Assembly (NCBI GenBank): GCA_040954595.2
Contig: CM082593.2
Coordinates: 4,481,434 to 4,545,433, forward strand
DNA from: Balanoglossus misakiensis
Lineage: Eukaryota; Animalia; Hemichordata
DNA length: 64,000 nt
Direction: 5' to 3'
Numbering within the stretch: position 1 is the stretch's first letter; each line of letters begins with the position of its first letter. Below are positions 45,891 to 57,173 of this stretch, piece after piece. Position numbers and translations under genes: made by a program. The notes below the pieces were generated by a model. It saw only the letters and a list, made by a program, of their open reading frames with translations. It had not been told where the DNA came from and did not search any database.

Positions 45891-48835
45891 GATACGTCGA
45901 TTGCAGAGCCAGTGATATTGGCCACTGAAATGCATATAATCATCTGGATAGTAGCTACACGTATGTAATAGATACTACATTATTTACATATTATTAGTAG
46001 CTGACACTGTGATAATGATCAACAATACAGCAATATTTCAAACCAAAAACAAAAGTTTTTTTAAACAACTGAACACAAAACTGTTTCAGATCTCATATTA
46101 TGTATCCCATGATATGAAGTGACCTCACCATGATAAATCACATGACCAATGCCACATCAACCATTGACATAGTAATTCTGGCGACAAAACATGAAATTGC
46201 ATTCTAATCCACATGGCACAAAAGTTAAGATTTATGTGAAGTCGAGTCATAAATGTTCCATTTGCATGTCTGGAGATCAGCAGGAATGTTTGTTTGTTAT
46301 CAAGTTTCTAAGTTTAATTGCTTAATCAGCAACAAGGTCATAACTACATAGATGTACATGTATGTAAACCAGTATAGTATAGTCGCAGTAAATAGCCATC
46401 GGACTTTGTGCAAACTTCAGAATGCAAAGAATTCAACGTTACATGTAGTTCTGTACAAACAGTTGGCGATTTTATAGTCCTCCACTGCCTGTTTAGTTTT
46501 ATATCCTTACAAGTATACAGACATCAAATGCCTTTCTTATAAATACTTCAGGCTATTTATAGAATTATCTGTTTTCATAAAATGAGCTGTGCTTACGACC
46601 GCAGACTAGCAATGGTTAATTTGCCAGAGACAGGCCTTGACTGCGAAAATTGCTAAAGTGTAATTACTCTATATCAATTATGAAGAGCAATTACTGCTTT
46701 TGTGAGAGACCTTTCAACCAGAATATTGCAAAGCTGTCAAGTAATGTACATGTAATCATGTATCAAGCGCTTTCTCCATCACAACTAAATCTAATTCAGC
46801 TGCCAGTCACCTGGAAAGACATTACCCAATCAGTTGGAAAAAAAAACATGACGATCACATGCATGTTGTTTTGTTGTATGAATTACTCTGTGGTCACTCG
46901 CACTGCTCATTCAAGAAAACCAAATATGCTTTGTACTTACCTGCTACGTGGTCGACTCATTGTACATTCAGTTTGAAATTGAAATATACACATCAAATGA
47001 ATGCATCCACAGATGGTGAATGGTCATTAATTAACCAAATGGTTCAAATGCAGCATATGTCAATAGTCAGTGAATGCTCTGCAGGCTGACATGTTTCCAT
47101 ATTCATAACGCAGTAACTGGATCACAGTAATTTGCACTCTGATCAACAAACAGTGGCTGTTACTTTGGAGGCAGAAGGCTTGTGTCTACATGTACAGGTC
47201 AGTTGACACGATGACTCAACTCGTACTCGTGCCACTATGTGTGGTGCACACGTGTGGTACGGACTATTAAACAGAGGCTTTTCCAACAACCAGAAAAGAA
47301 CAGCCTGTTGTCGCGGTAACCCCACATCCAGATTCTTCCCAGCAGGAAAATCGAAAAACAACCCACAACTTCACTTTACAGCAATCAGGCGCGGTTAATG
47401 CGAGGGCAGTCACTTCTAAAGAACAGTTGATTATTCAGCACAGCATTTGGCGCGCGGCATTTCCCCTCTGAGCTATGACAGGAATCCCTCTCTCGCAACA
47501 GTGCCTTTAAATGTCACCACCATGTGGGCTGGCTGAGTGATCAATACACTTCGAAATGGATGCCTACTCCAAAGTATGTAAATGACTAGTTGATGAGCCA
47601 ATGACATTCCAGGATAGCCATCACCATGGTAACAACCTTCAAACAACCATGAAGCAGTGCCAGAAAAGAAGCCAATTAATGACTAACTACCAGTGCACAT
47701 TTACCGCGCAGAATCTGCTCACAATTTTTCTTCCTGTGTGCTTCTTCTCCTTGAATATTTATCAATGAGTAATTCAAATCTGAGAATGGAGGCAATTCTA
47801 TTTTTCATGAAAGGAACCTACACAATTCCCGATTACAGTATGTCACATGTCATCAATGTAAAATTGATTTTCCTCTTTCATTTTAGGCTGTACGTTTCAT
47901 AGTATGAGATCACAAGAAATGATTATTGTCAGTGGCTTAGGGGTGGACATGCCCGTGGCCTCAAAACATACAAGGTATTTTTAAACTCAAGCAAAAACTT
48001 CAGATGGGATTAGAATATACGGTTGTGAAGTTTCTTCTAAAAACAGGCCAGCAAATGCTTTCAGGAAGCCCTCGAGCTTATTCCTTTAATGTTGATAGAC
48101 ACATCCTTTTCCTCTTATAAATTAATCCTTTTTGACAGTAATATTTTTGTTGGTGCATTGAAAGCCTTATAATTCTGTAGTAACATCTCTGTGTCTAAAG
48201 GAAGATCACAAAGATATTATTGACATATTTCTATGAGCAACGCATCAAGTTCTCAAATAAAGCCTGTCTCTTAAGTGCTAAAATTGTTATTATTTGAGAA
48301 TGTGCCTCTCCCACACACAAAAAATCAAGCTGTATAATTATCTTGAGACCTTTGACATTTATGTGAAGAATTGTACATGACTGAAATAGAAATCTAGAAT
48401 CATGACAAATAAGCCATTGTGTGTAGCTTTTGACAAGTTGGGCCAGGTAAGTCAAAGGTTACACCTACAAATGTATCACTAAGCTTAGAAAATGTACTTT
48501 GGGTTCAAGGATAGTTAGTTTGCTTATTTTTGTCTGTCTGTGCCAATGACGATGGTAGCAACTATTCTCTTGTTAAACATTATAGTGGCCCACTAAACCT
48601 ATAATTTGTGTCGGCCTTCACTGACAAAGTCTTTAATGTTAACAGACTACTACAGTACATGTATGTTACGCTCAGATGTGCTTTACACATGATGTCTGGT
48701 TTGGGTCAGAGTAATTGATTGCATTGACCTATGTTTGTTTCACTCTCCAGTCCATGCAGCCAATTACAGTAACCTCAAATATTGTTTTGAAATGGAACGA
48801 TGAAATACACGCAGGGTAAAAATTACTTGCTTAAC

Positions 48836-48889
48836 TGTAGCTCGAGGTTTTGCCTGGTAATCCAATACCAGGCAAAGCCTTGAGCTACA
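48836..48889. repeat. 54-bp hairpin (24-bp stem, 6-nt loop) in the putative first intron of MELK
   Basis: TGTAGCTCGAGGTTTTGCCTGGTA-ATCCAA-TACCAGGCAAAGCCTTGAGCTACA. The two non-Watson-Crick pairs are both G-U on the plus strand. Confidence 0.8.
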
Positions 48890-49400
48890 TGTATGGTTCT
48901 GCAGCTAGGTATAAATAGTAGTATTGTAAACAGCACAGGATCAGGAATCACACTGACCTGAGAATCAGGCTACAGTCAGTGTGAATCCTGCACCTGTGGT
49001 AAGCAGGACGGTGTCAAGAGTAACAGGAGTTGTACTACATGTATATGTAGTGGCCATTAGCACCAAGTGACCAGCTACACATCAGACTCACACCTAGGCT
49101 ATAGCTGCAGTACAGTAGCAGTTAGTGTGTTACCAGATCTGTGTTTTTTTACAACGATCCAAGGCAAAACCACTACTGAACTGCAGCTGACCTGGTTACA
49201 GCTGACAACGTCTCCAAGTTGTATCTCGACTCGACTGTCGAACTTTAAGTGGCGATCGTAGCAAATCTAGAAGTTGGACCCTAATTTATTTTCCCGGGTG
49301 TGCTCCGCCAGGGTCACAAGAAATACCACCGAGGTCAATGAACGTGCACGATTGTGCCGATCTTTTAAAAAATATTAATAATTCCTAACAGGAAACCATG

Positions 49401-49740
49401 TACTTACTTACCGAGCAGAAGTTTTCAAAAATCCTTAGTCTTACACCGAGTATCCAATCAAAGAAAAGTTTACTATTGGGGTAGTTCTACTTTTGGAGGG
49501 GGTGTTTTGGCTTATCACAAAGCACGGTATAAATGCGAGAAAATGTTCGTGGGACCTAGAAATTTTTCACTTCCTGTATAAAATTACTATATAATTTTCA
49601 AAAGGTGCTATGTAAAGTAGTATTAAGGTGAAAACTACATATTCGCTCTCTTTTCAAATTTGTTTTCCCCACTCTACTTAGTGGTAAAACACTTCCGGCG
49701 CTTGGTTTTATGGGATTGCAGAAAATCCAATATGGCGTCC
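49401..49740. promoter_or_regulatory. Bidirectional promoter of MELK (minus; non-coding exon 1 ending at 49412) and the plus-strand RS-rich gene
   Basis: Perfect minus-strand donor CG|GTAAGT at 49412/49411. Three minus-strand TTTGAA (CHR-like) hexamers at 49424-49429, 49597-49602 and 49653-49658. CCAAT boxes near 49454, 49475 (reverse) and 49727. ETS motif CACTTCCGG at 49690-49698. A YY1-like AATATGGCG overlaps the plus-strand ATG at 49732. Confidence 0.7.
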
Positions 49741-52700
49741 GACGAAGAGGTATGAGCGATATTATTTACAAAATAATGTTGATTTGCTCACTGTTACTAA
49801 CTGTTTTGACACCTTATTACTGTGAACTCATTATAGACGAGGTCATAGGGATGACCATGCATTTCCAATACCCAGATATCATTTGGAGTCGCTAATTTCG
49901 CATGGTCCTGCGCAAGTGGCCCCTTGACATTTGACAAAGAAAACAGGGTTGCACATCCACCAACACCATGAATCGAATTTGGAGTTGTTGATCTGAATAT
50001 GCATGCTTTGTTGTTGTTTTTAAATTGCTGGGTTGTTATCTATTGATAATTACACTGAAAGAGATCATGTCTCTATGTTCACCTGAAATAGAACGCAAAC
50101 GGTTTGTCGTCGTCGGTCGTCCGTTTTACGTGAACTATGTAAATCTAAATGTCACCGTGACATTACCCTGTACGTCACTTACATTGTATTAAGGTTGTCT
50201 TTGACACAAGAATCATCAGTTTCAGTATCAATCATAGTCATAGAACATCATTCCCAGGCTTTGGCAGGCCACGGATGGTGATAATCTGTACCAGAATAGA
50301 TAAATCTATGTTATCACTGTTACAGCCTACATTATTACGTGACCAACATGTGTCCTGTTTTACAGCTTGCATGATTCAATAGTTAACTCTTGATTTTTAT
50401 ATCCAATTATCTTCAATATGTAGGATGAAGAACTTATGAACCTTAGGTCAGCCGTGCTTGCTTCTCTGAAAACAGTAAGTTTAACACAATAATTTTTGTG
50501 TTTGTAAGAGGCATGCATAATAACCCTACAGTGGTGTGTGCATGTGTTTGTGTTGCCTTGTTCCTCTGATAAGTTCTGTACCAAATGCCACTCTTCCATT
50601 ATTTTCAACTCGATAGAATTCAACAAAGCCAGACCAGGAGATTGATGAGAAGGAAACAGAAGACGATGATGAAGATCTAGAAGCGCTAAGATTAGCAGCT
50701 TTGCAGTCCAAAAAACAAGAAGCATTGCAGGAAACCCGTCATTTACCAGGGCCTCTAAAACTCAGGACAAGAAAAGATATCCATCAGGTATACACGTTGA
50801 ATGTCGGCATTTCATCCAATAAATAGACAATGGTTATGAATCAAGGAAAAGTTGTAGATCCTTGGTGGGTTTGGACTCTAACACAGCGATTGTTTTTTTT
50901 TTTCGGTCTTCTTTCAGAGAAATGTTATTGGGCAAAGAAGCTCCCCAGTCCTGGTCACTGGTAGAAGTAACCTCATCACCATTCCGTTGCAAGACTTCAG
51001 TTCGAGGAGAGCGGCGAATGAGACTTCTAACAGGATCGTCAGCTTTGGAAGCAAACCACCGACCCAAGCCAAGCGAAGCGTCATTGTACCTCAGAGTGAA
51101 ACCGGCGAGCAGAAGAACGATAAATTCAGCCGCTTTGACAGTGAGTCTGAGTCGGAGGAGGAAGACTGGATGCAAGGGGAGGAGAGTGAGAGTGAGGAGG
51201 AAGTGGAAGCTGAGATAGCGTCAGATGTGGAATATGCAGAGGTGGATCTGGATTCTGACGAAGTGTCGCTGGGAAAAAGTGACGATGTTGAAGCTGATGG
51301 GGTTGATGATGGTGGGAGTGATGATCGTATTGGTGATGAAGATGATGATGGTGATGATGGTGGGAGTGACGATGGTATTGGTGATGAAGATGTTGATGGT
51401 GGTGGTGGCGGTGATGATGGTGGGAGTGACGATGGTATTGATAATGAAGAAGATGGCGGTGATAATGATGATGATAACGATGATGACAATGATGATGATG
51501 ATGATAATGGCGACGGTAACGAAATCACGGACACAAGTAATGCAGAAATAAGAGACAGTGACAATGAAGTTAGTGATAATGAGGCAGACGCTGAATCTGT
51601 AAGTGATGGTGGGAAATCTGACGACAGTGAGAGTGAAGGCAATGATCCGACTGGGACGCCCTCTGTTGAAGAATGCGCTGATGAAAACAGTGATGACAGC
51701 GGCAATGAGCAGAGTGACAATGAACATAGCGAATCTTCGGTCAAAGAAAGTGTGTCTGAGAGGAATTCTGATCAGGACAGTGCAGCTTCAGTTAATGATG
51801 ATGATGTTGATGATAATGATGATGATGTTGATGATGATGACGATGACGATAATTCATATTCGGACAATGATGCAGACTCCAGCGATGGAGATGCAGGCAT
51901 CACTGCAGATCGTAGAGTGGAAACCAACTCGGCTGATGAACACCGAAACATTCATAAACTGGGTAGCAGTACAAGAGATGTGATTGTGACAGACAGACAC
52001 TTTGATGTGGGCAATAGCAAGAGTAATTCAGAAAGGCCAGTAGAGCTGAGAGATTCTAGGACTGTCTACAGGAGGAGGTTGTCAAGAAGCCATTCTCCGA
52101 GCAGATCTCCGAGAAGTCATTCACCAAAAAGAGAACGTTCACGACAGCCACCAAACTCAAAGCCAATGGCACGCGACGATCTCAGCGTTGACCCAAAAGT
52201 ACTCGAAGCTCGACGGAGAAAGTTTGAGACTCAAGGTGTTGTGGACACAAGCAAGACAGTATCACTGACAAATATTGCAACTGCCAAAACTGACAGCAAA
52301 GTTGTTGAGAAAACGGATAGGACGGTTGAAACAAGCAAGGTGGCAGAAAGCAGCGACAGTGCGTCTTCGGAAGACACCGGGTCAGAGTCGGATTCAAACA
52401 GCAGCAGTGAATCCGCAGATACGGACAATGATTCCGCTCATCCGCTGGAAGACAGCGAATCGGAATCCGAGTCGGAAGTCTCCAGGTTCCGCCAAAGCGG
52501 CGCCGTGGAAAGGAAAGATCAGTTCCGGGTGAAAGTCGTCAACACCGTGCGGGAGAGACGAAGCCGTAGATATGATGACAGAGATCGGCCACACCCCGCG
52601 TTCCGGGGCGACGATCTGAGGAGGGAAGTTTTCCGGAGACAGAGGGACGTGTACAGGCGGAGAAGCCGGAGCAGGGACCAGAAAAGGAACAGCAGCCACA

Positions 52701-53867
52701 GTCCGGGAAGGGAGTACCGGAGTCGCAGTCCCAGAAATGATCGGTACAGGAGTCACAGTCCGAGGAGGAACAGGAGGAGGAGCTTGAGTCCTCCCCCCAG
52801 AAGGACTAGACACAGGAGTGAGAGTCCCTCCAGGGAGGAGGACAGAAAAGTTTCTCAAAGTAGAACTCGTCCGTCAAGAACTCATGATGTGAGGTCTGTT
52901 GCCAGCAGTATTGTCAAAGTGAACTCCAGGAGTACGAAAGCAAACTCAAGGAGCTCCAGAGTGAACTCCAGGAGCACCAGTCCTGTCCCCCGAACTAAAG
53001 TGGAAAAGGACAGGTCGCTTGTCAGGGATCGGCCGCGCAAAGCAAAACAGAGCACTCGCCGTGTATCTCCGAAGAAAGCCGATGTTGCGGACTCGGATAC
53101 AAGGAAAATTATCACCAGTTCCAAAAAGGGGAAAGAGAGGGAGGAGGAAAGTCATCGGAGGAGGAGAAGAAAGCACACCGAGGAGGGAGGTGCGAGGGAG
53201 AGTCCCCAGATACAAGTCACATTTGATGACGGTAAGGCATTTCTTGGTTATGATATTTACATTGTATGTATCGAACACCAGTGATAGATTTGTCATTACG
53301 TTTGTCAGTACTGTAGTATCACTGATTGATTTTGATGAACATGCACCAACATACATTTCAATGACTGTTGTTTTTATGTTCACAGAAACGGATGCTGACA
53401 ATTCACCGAGGGTATCTGTGTACGAAAGGCTTGGAGTCCCGGGCAAGGAATCCTCGCAGAGAAACAACAACAATTCCAACGCGCTGTCTTCAGTCAAACT
53501 GAGACTTGGTCCCAAAACGAGCGACAAACGAACTGTCATGGTTGGCTCGGAGAAGAACGAGGACATTGTTTCAGTGAAAAGCAGCGTTACTCTGAAAAGA
53601 TCCGACGAGGGTACGGAACTGAAAGAACCAGTTGAACCGCCGAGAAAGAAGATTGTGAGATCTAATGTGTGGTCACGCAGAGAGGAAGGAAACGAGGTTA
53701 GTCCCAGGGAAGTTGAAAAGGTCAAACCTAAAGTCAAAGAAGAAGAAAAAGGAGGCCATGCCAAGGAAGATGAATTAGAGGAAAGAATACGCAAAATTAA
53801 AGAGAAAAATGCTGCCATTTTGAAACGACAACAAGAGATCGAAGCAGATAAACAGAAATATGGGTAG
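49732..53867 (+). CDS. Uncharacterised 1011-aa low-complexity nuclear-type protein (acidic D/E/S tract, RS/SP-rich region, C-terminal CCDC9-like coiled coil); exons 49732-49749, 50424-50474, 50617-50787, 50918-53231, 53386-53867
   Basis: Five GT-AG exons are phase-consistent (3036 nt). N-terminus MASDEEDEELMNLRSAVLASLK...DEDLEALRLAALQSKK. Long ORF 50987-53284 with RSRSP/RSHSP repeats. SVYERLG and SVKLRLG motifs. Ends in KEDELEERIRKIKEKNAAILKRQQEIEADKQKYG. AATAAA at 54664 and 54703. Confidence 0.88.
51305..51460 (+). repeat. Coding minisatellite, 3 copies of DDGGSDD(R/G)I(G/D) unit
   Basis: gatgatggtgggagtga(t/c)gat(c/g)gtattg starts at about 51305, 51353 and 51413 inside the acidic tract. 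Confidence 0.8.
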
Positions 53868-54951
53868 TTTGGGGTTGATGTTGGGGGAGGGGGTGTTTAG
53901 TGATTGGTCTGTGTCTGTCTGTCTGTCTGTCCACCCATGTGTGCATTCTCAACCATAAATTAGCCCATTGCTATGGTAATTCACCAAGTCTCGTGAAATC
54001 TCTCAATGAGCAGAAAATCATCTATTTACTGTGTAGACTATGCATGATTTAGATTTACTTGAATGCTGCATTACTCTGTGGCTTGAAATAAGATGTTCTG
54101 TTGTATTTTCCACATACAGTACCAGGCAGTCATTGACATTGATTTCTATAAAGAAGTCAGATTTGTGGCATATTTTGTGTTAGGTATAATCTTTCAAGGT
54201 ACAGAGAAGACACCTTTGTTGACCTTATAAATGTCCCAAAAAACATGAGCTGCATGTTTGTGCATTATTTTCATGATTTAATTTTCAAACTGAAGTTTGT
54301 TCATGAGCATGTATTTACTGCACGGAGTCTGTGTAGTATCATGGTCAATTGAATTCTCACTGGACCTAATCACTTATATTTCGAGGTCCTTAGTACTGTA
54401 GTTTTGATTGCTGCCATGCAAAGCAAAGTTAGTATCAATTTTGGGTTCTTATTTTTTAAAGCAATATAGCTATTTGATAAGAAACTCTACATGTAGATGT
54501 GCATCGGCCTAGCCTAAACTTAATGCAATACCCCATGGACAGTCAAATTGAATTAAACACTGTACAGATGTACTCTCTGCTACAATGTAGTTTGTGTAAA
54601 AATTTATTTCGATATGTATTTAATGACTTTCTTTTAGTCTTTTAAACATATTTTTCAACTTCCAATAAAGTTCACCTGTAAAAATGCCATCGTGTTCTCA
54701 TGAATAAAAGTTAATTTTCTTGTCAGCTGTGTTCTGAAAAAGAATATTCAAAGTATTTTGGGAAGCCCACCAGAAGCCATCTTCTACCATGCGATGAGCT
54801 TCACCCTTGAAAAACAAAAGAGATTTTCTAAACTGACTGTAGTGGCGTATTACTTGAGGAAGTACACAATAAACAATCATACACTTTCTGCATAAACTAA
54901 ACCTGGACTGTTTTGGTAAGTGATGTTATACCACAATTGATTCTGGCTTAA

Positions 54952-55137
54952 AGGTACACGGTCACCTCCAATTTACATACGCCCAAATATGGCTGAAATG
55001 GCACATTTGAGTGTTCTAAAAAACATGGATGGTGGCGTCTTGTTTTCGCGTGTGCCACCCACTGAAAATCTGTGATTGGCTACATCTCAATTTACCATGG
55101 AAACTGTAGCTAAATTTGCATAGGTGACCGTATACCT
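54952..55137. mobile_element. Kolobok/T2-type MITE (186 bp)
   Basis: TTAA TSDs at 54948-54951 and 55138-55141. 16-bp TIRs AGGTACACGGTCACCT / AGGTGACCGTATACCT (1 mismatch), with RR...YY termini. Confidence 0.85.
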
Positions 55138-55270
55138 TTAATTCCAACATAGACATATTATCCAAGGTGAGGTCCCTTGGGGATGATTGACTGATAACAA
55201 CACATGCTTTCTTTTATTAAGGGCGATCACATTCAAATATTGTTGTGGGAGACGACAGTGCAAAGTCGAC

Positions 55271-57173
55271 ATGGACATGCAGCAGTTATTCCTGGGACAG
55301 GATCCAATCACTCTACAAACTCAGTTATTAGTAAATCAAGCAGAGATACTGCTGTTGCAAGGAATGAAATTTCTCGAGACTGGACAGAGTGCCGAAGAAC
55401 TTGTACCTCAAATTCAGATGACTCTTCAGAAATTAGGGAGGTTAAACCCGTCGTTGGAAATCCATCTGCGCACAACCAATCAGCAGTTACTTACTCGACT
55501 GTCCCATCAGAACTATAATCTATTTTTCCAACAACACAGCTCAAGTGGAAGAGAATGGACAAGACAGGGGGATGACATAATAGACGAGTATTATCAGGAC
55601 ACTAGAGGGCGTAATGCCCAGGGTTACAGATCATCATTGGTAAGTGACAATTCTTTTATTATTATGCACATACATGTATCATGATGCGAGAGACTAAACT
55701 CAGTATATAGGGGATTTTAGGGAATAGCGTAGAAGATCCCCCAACTGATGTAAAATGTTTTGTGTTCTCAAGCAGGGACACCAGCAAAGGTATGAGCCAA
55801 GAAATCAGCGTGATAGAAATCGAGGGAGAGGCAGAAGAGATGGTGATGATATTGGAAGGAATCGGGAGAGGAAAGAGGGTCACGAGAGATCACGGAGTAG
55901 AAGTGACGTAAAGTCAACAAGTCGAGAAAGGAGTCGAGAAGGAAGTCGAGAAAGAAGTCGAGAACCACACAGAGAGAAGCAGGCTGATAGGAGGGGTCAT
56001 GAACGCCAAGAAAAGAAAGGGTCTGGAAACCATGTAAACGATAGTCGAGGAAGGAGGAAACGTCAGGAAGAGAAACGAGATGAAGCAAAACAGAAATCAT
56101 CAGGATCAGCCAGTAAACAGGTAAGTGACATATGTCAGAAGTTCAAAGGACAAAACTCAAAGTTCCTGAAGTCTTCAACAAGTCTTAGCTACATGGTGCC
56201 GGTACTAACTTTCCTATTCTGTTTCAGGAGTTGAAACTGTATTGTTCTGGGTGTGATGTCATGAAGACCAAACCAGCTGTAAGTTCATATGCTACACATA
56301 TCACTTCAACTAATCATGCAAATGATATGTCTCTCCTCACTTTATTTACAAGTGTCCAATTTTAATTAAGTTAGTTAACATATGACAAAGACAATCACAA
56401 AGGAGCTGTTGTATTTTCCTAACATGATTATCTTTGACTCCTGCAGGATTTCCTTGAACACCTAACAAGCCTTTCTCACAAACAGAAAGTGAAAACAAAG
56501 CATTCAGAAAGAAACAAAACAGAGGACACAGAGATTGTGGAAAAACATCCAAAGGGTAAGAGATTTAATTGCACTCTGATTTTACTTGCCTTCACCAGCC
56601 AGCCAGCCACAGTTATTCTTGTGATGTAAATATATTGTCAAGAAATTCATATGTTACCTTTTGAAAATGGTAGCCATGTTGTTGTATAGGATATAAACTG
56701 AACAGATTGATATGAGCTCATTTTGTTTTTTCTCCTCTAATATACAGGAAAGGAATATCTGATGCAAGCGTTTTATTGCTCTGTTTGTGACATGGTATTT
56801 GCCGATGCTAAAAGTGCCTTGGATAAGCACTGCAAAGAACAGGGCCATTATTTGGCAGTACAGGTGAGAGGCTTCTCAATGTGATCATACAACTGTGCCA
56901 TGTTATGGATTACCCAAGTTGTAACTTGTCCATTATTGTGACTCATGGCGATTGTAATGTATTAATGAAGGTACATTGTATAGGCTAACATGTGCTGTGT
57001 ATGCTAGTAGAGGCTATTAACTTGGTGTTTGAACAACAAAACCTGGTCTTGCAAGAAGTTATCTAGGGATGTTGTTTTTCCCCCAGAAACATAAGTTGAA
57101 AGTGGAACGAGATAAGAAGCAAAAGGAGAAGGAGAAAAAGGAAGAGGAAGAAAAACTGAAGACGGGAAGGTGA
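55271..57173 (+). CDS. 358-aa protein with Q/L-rich N-terminus, R/E/S-rich middle and two matrin/U1-type C2H2 zinc fingers (matrin-3/CIZ1/ZNF318-like); exons 55271-55639, 55776-56120, 56228-56278, 56447-56555, 56748-56863, 57087-57173
   Basis: Phase-consistent GT-AG exons (1077 nt). Finger 1, YCSGCDVMKTKPADFLEHLTSLSH (C-x2-C-x12-H-x5-H), is split across two exons. Finger 2, GKEYLMQAFYCSVCDMVFADAKSALDKHCKEQGHY, resembles the matrin-3 C-terminal finger. AATAAA at 57628. The fingers do not appear in the ORF track. Confidence 0.85.

Noticed and set aside
51091-53818. Long antisense and alternative-frame ORFs (Ser-rich, Ile-rich, Met-rich)
   Set aside because: They are shadows of the GAT/GAC/AGT-biased coding sequence of the plus-strand gene.
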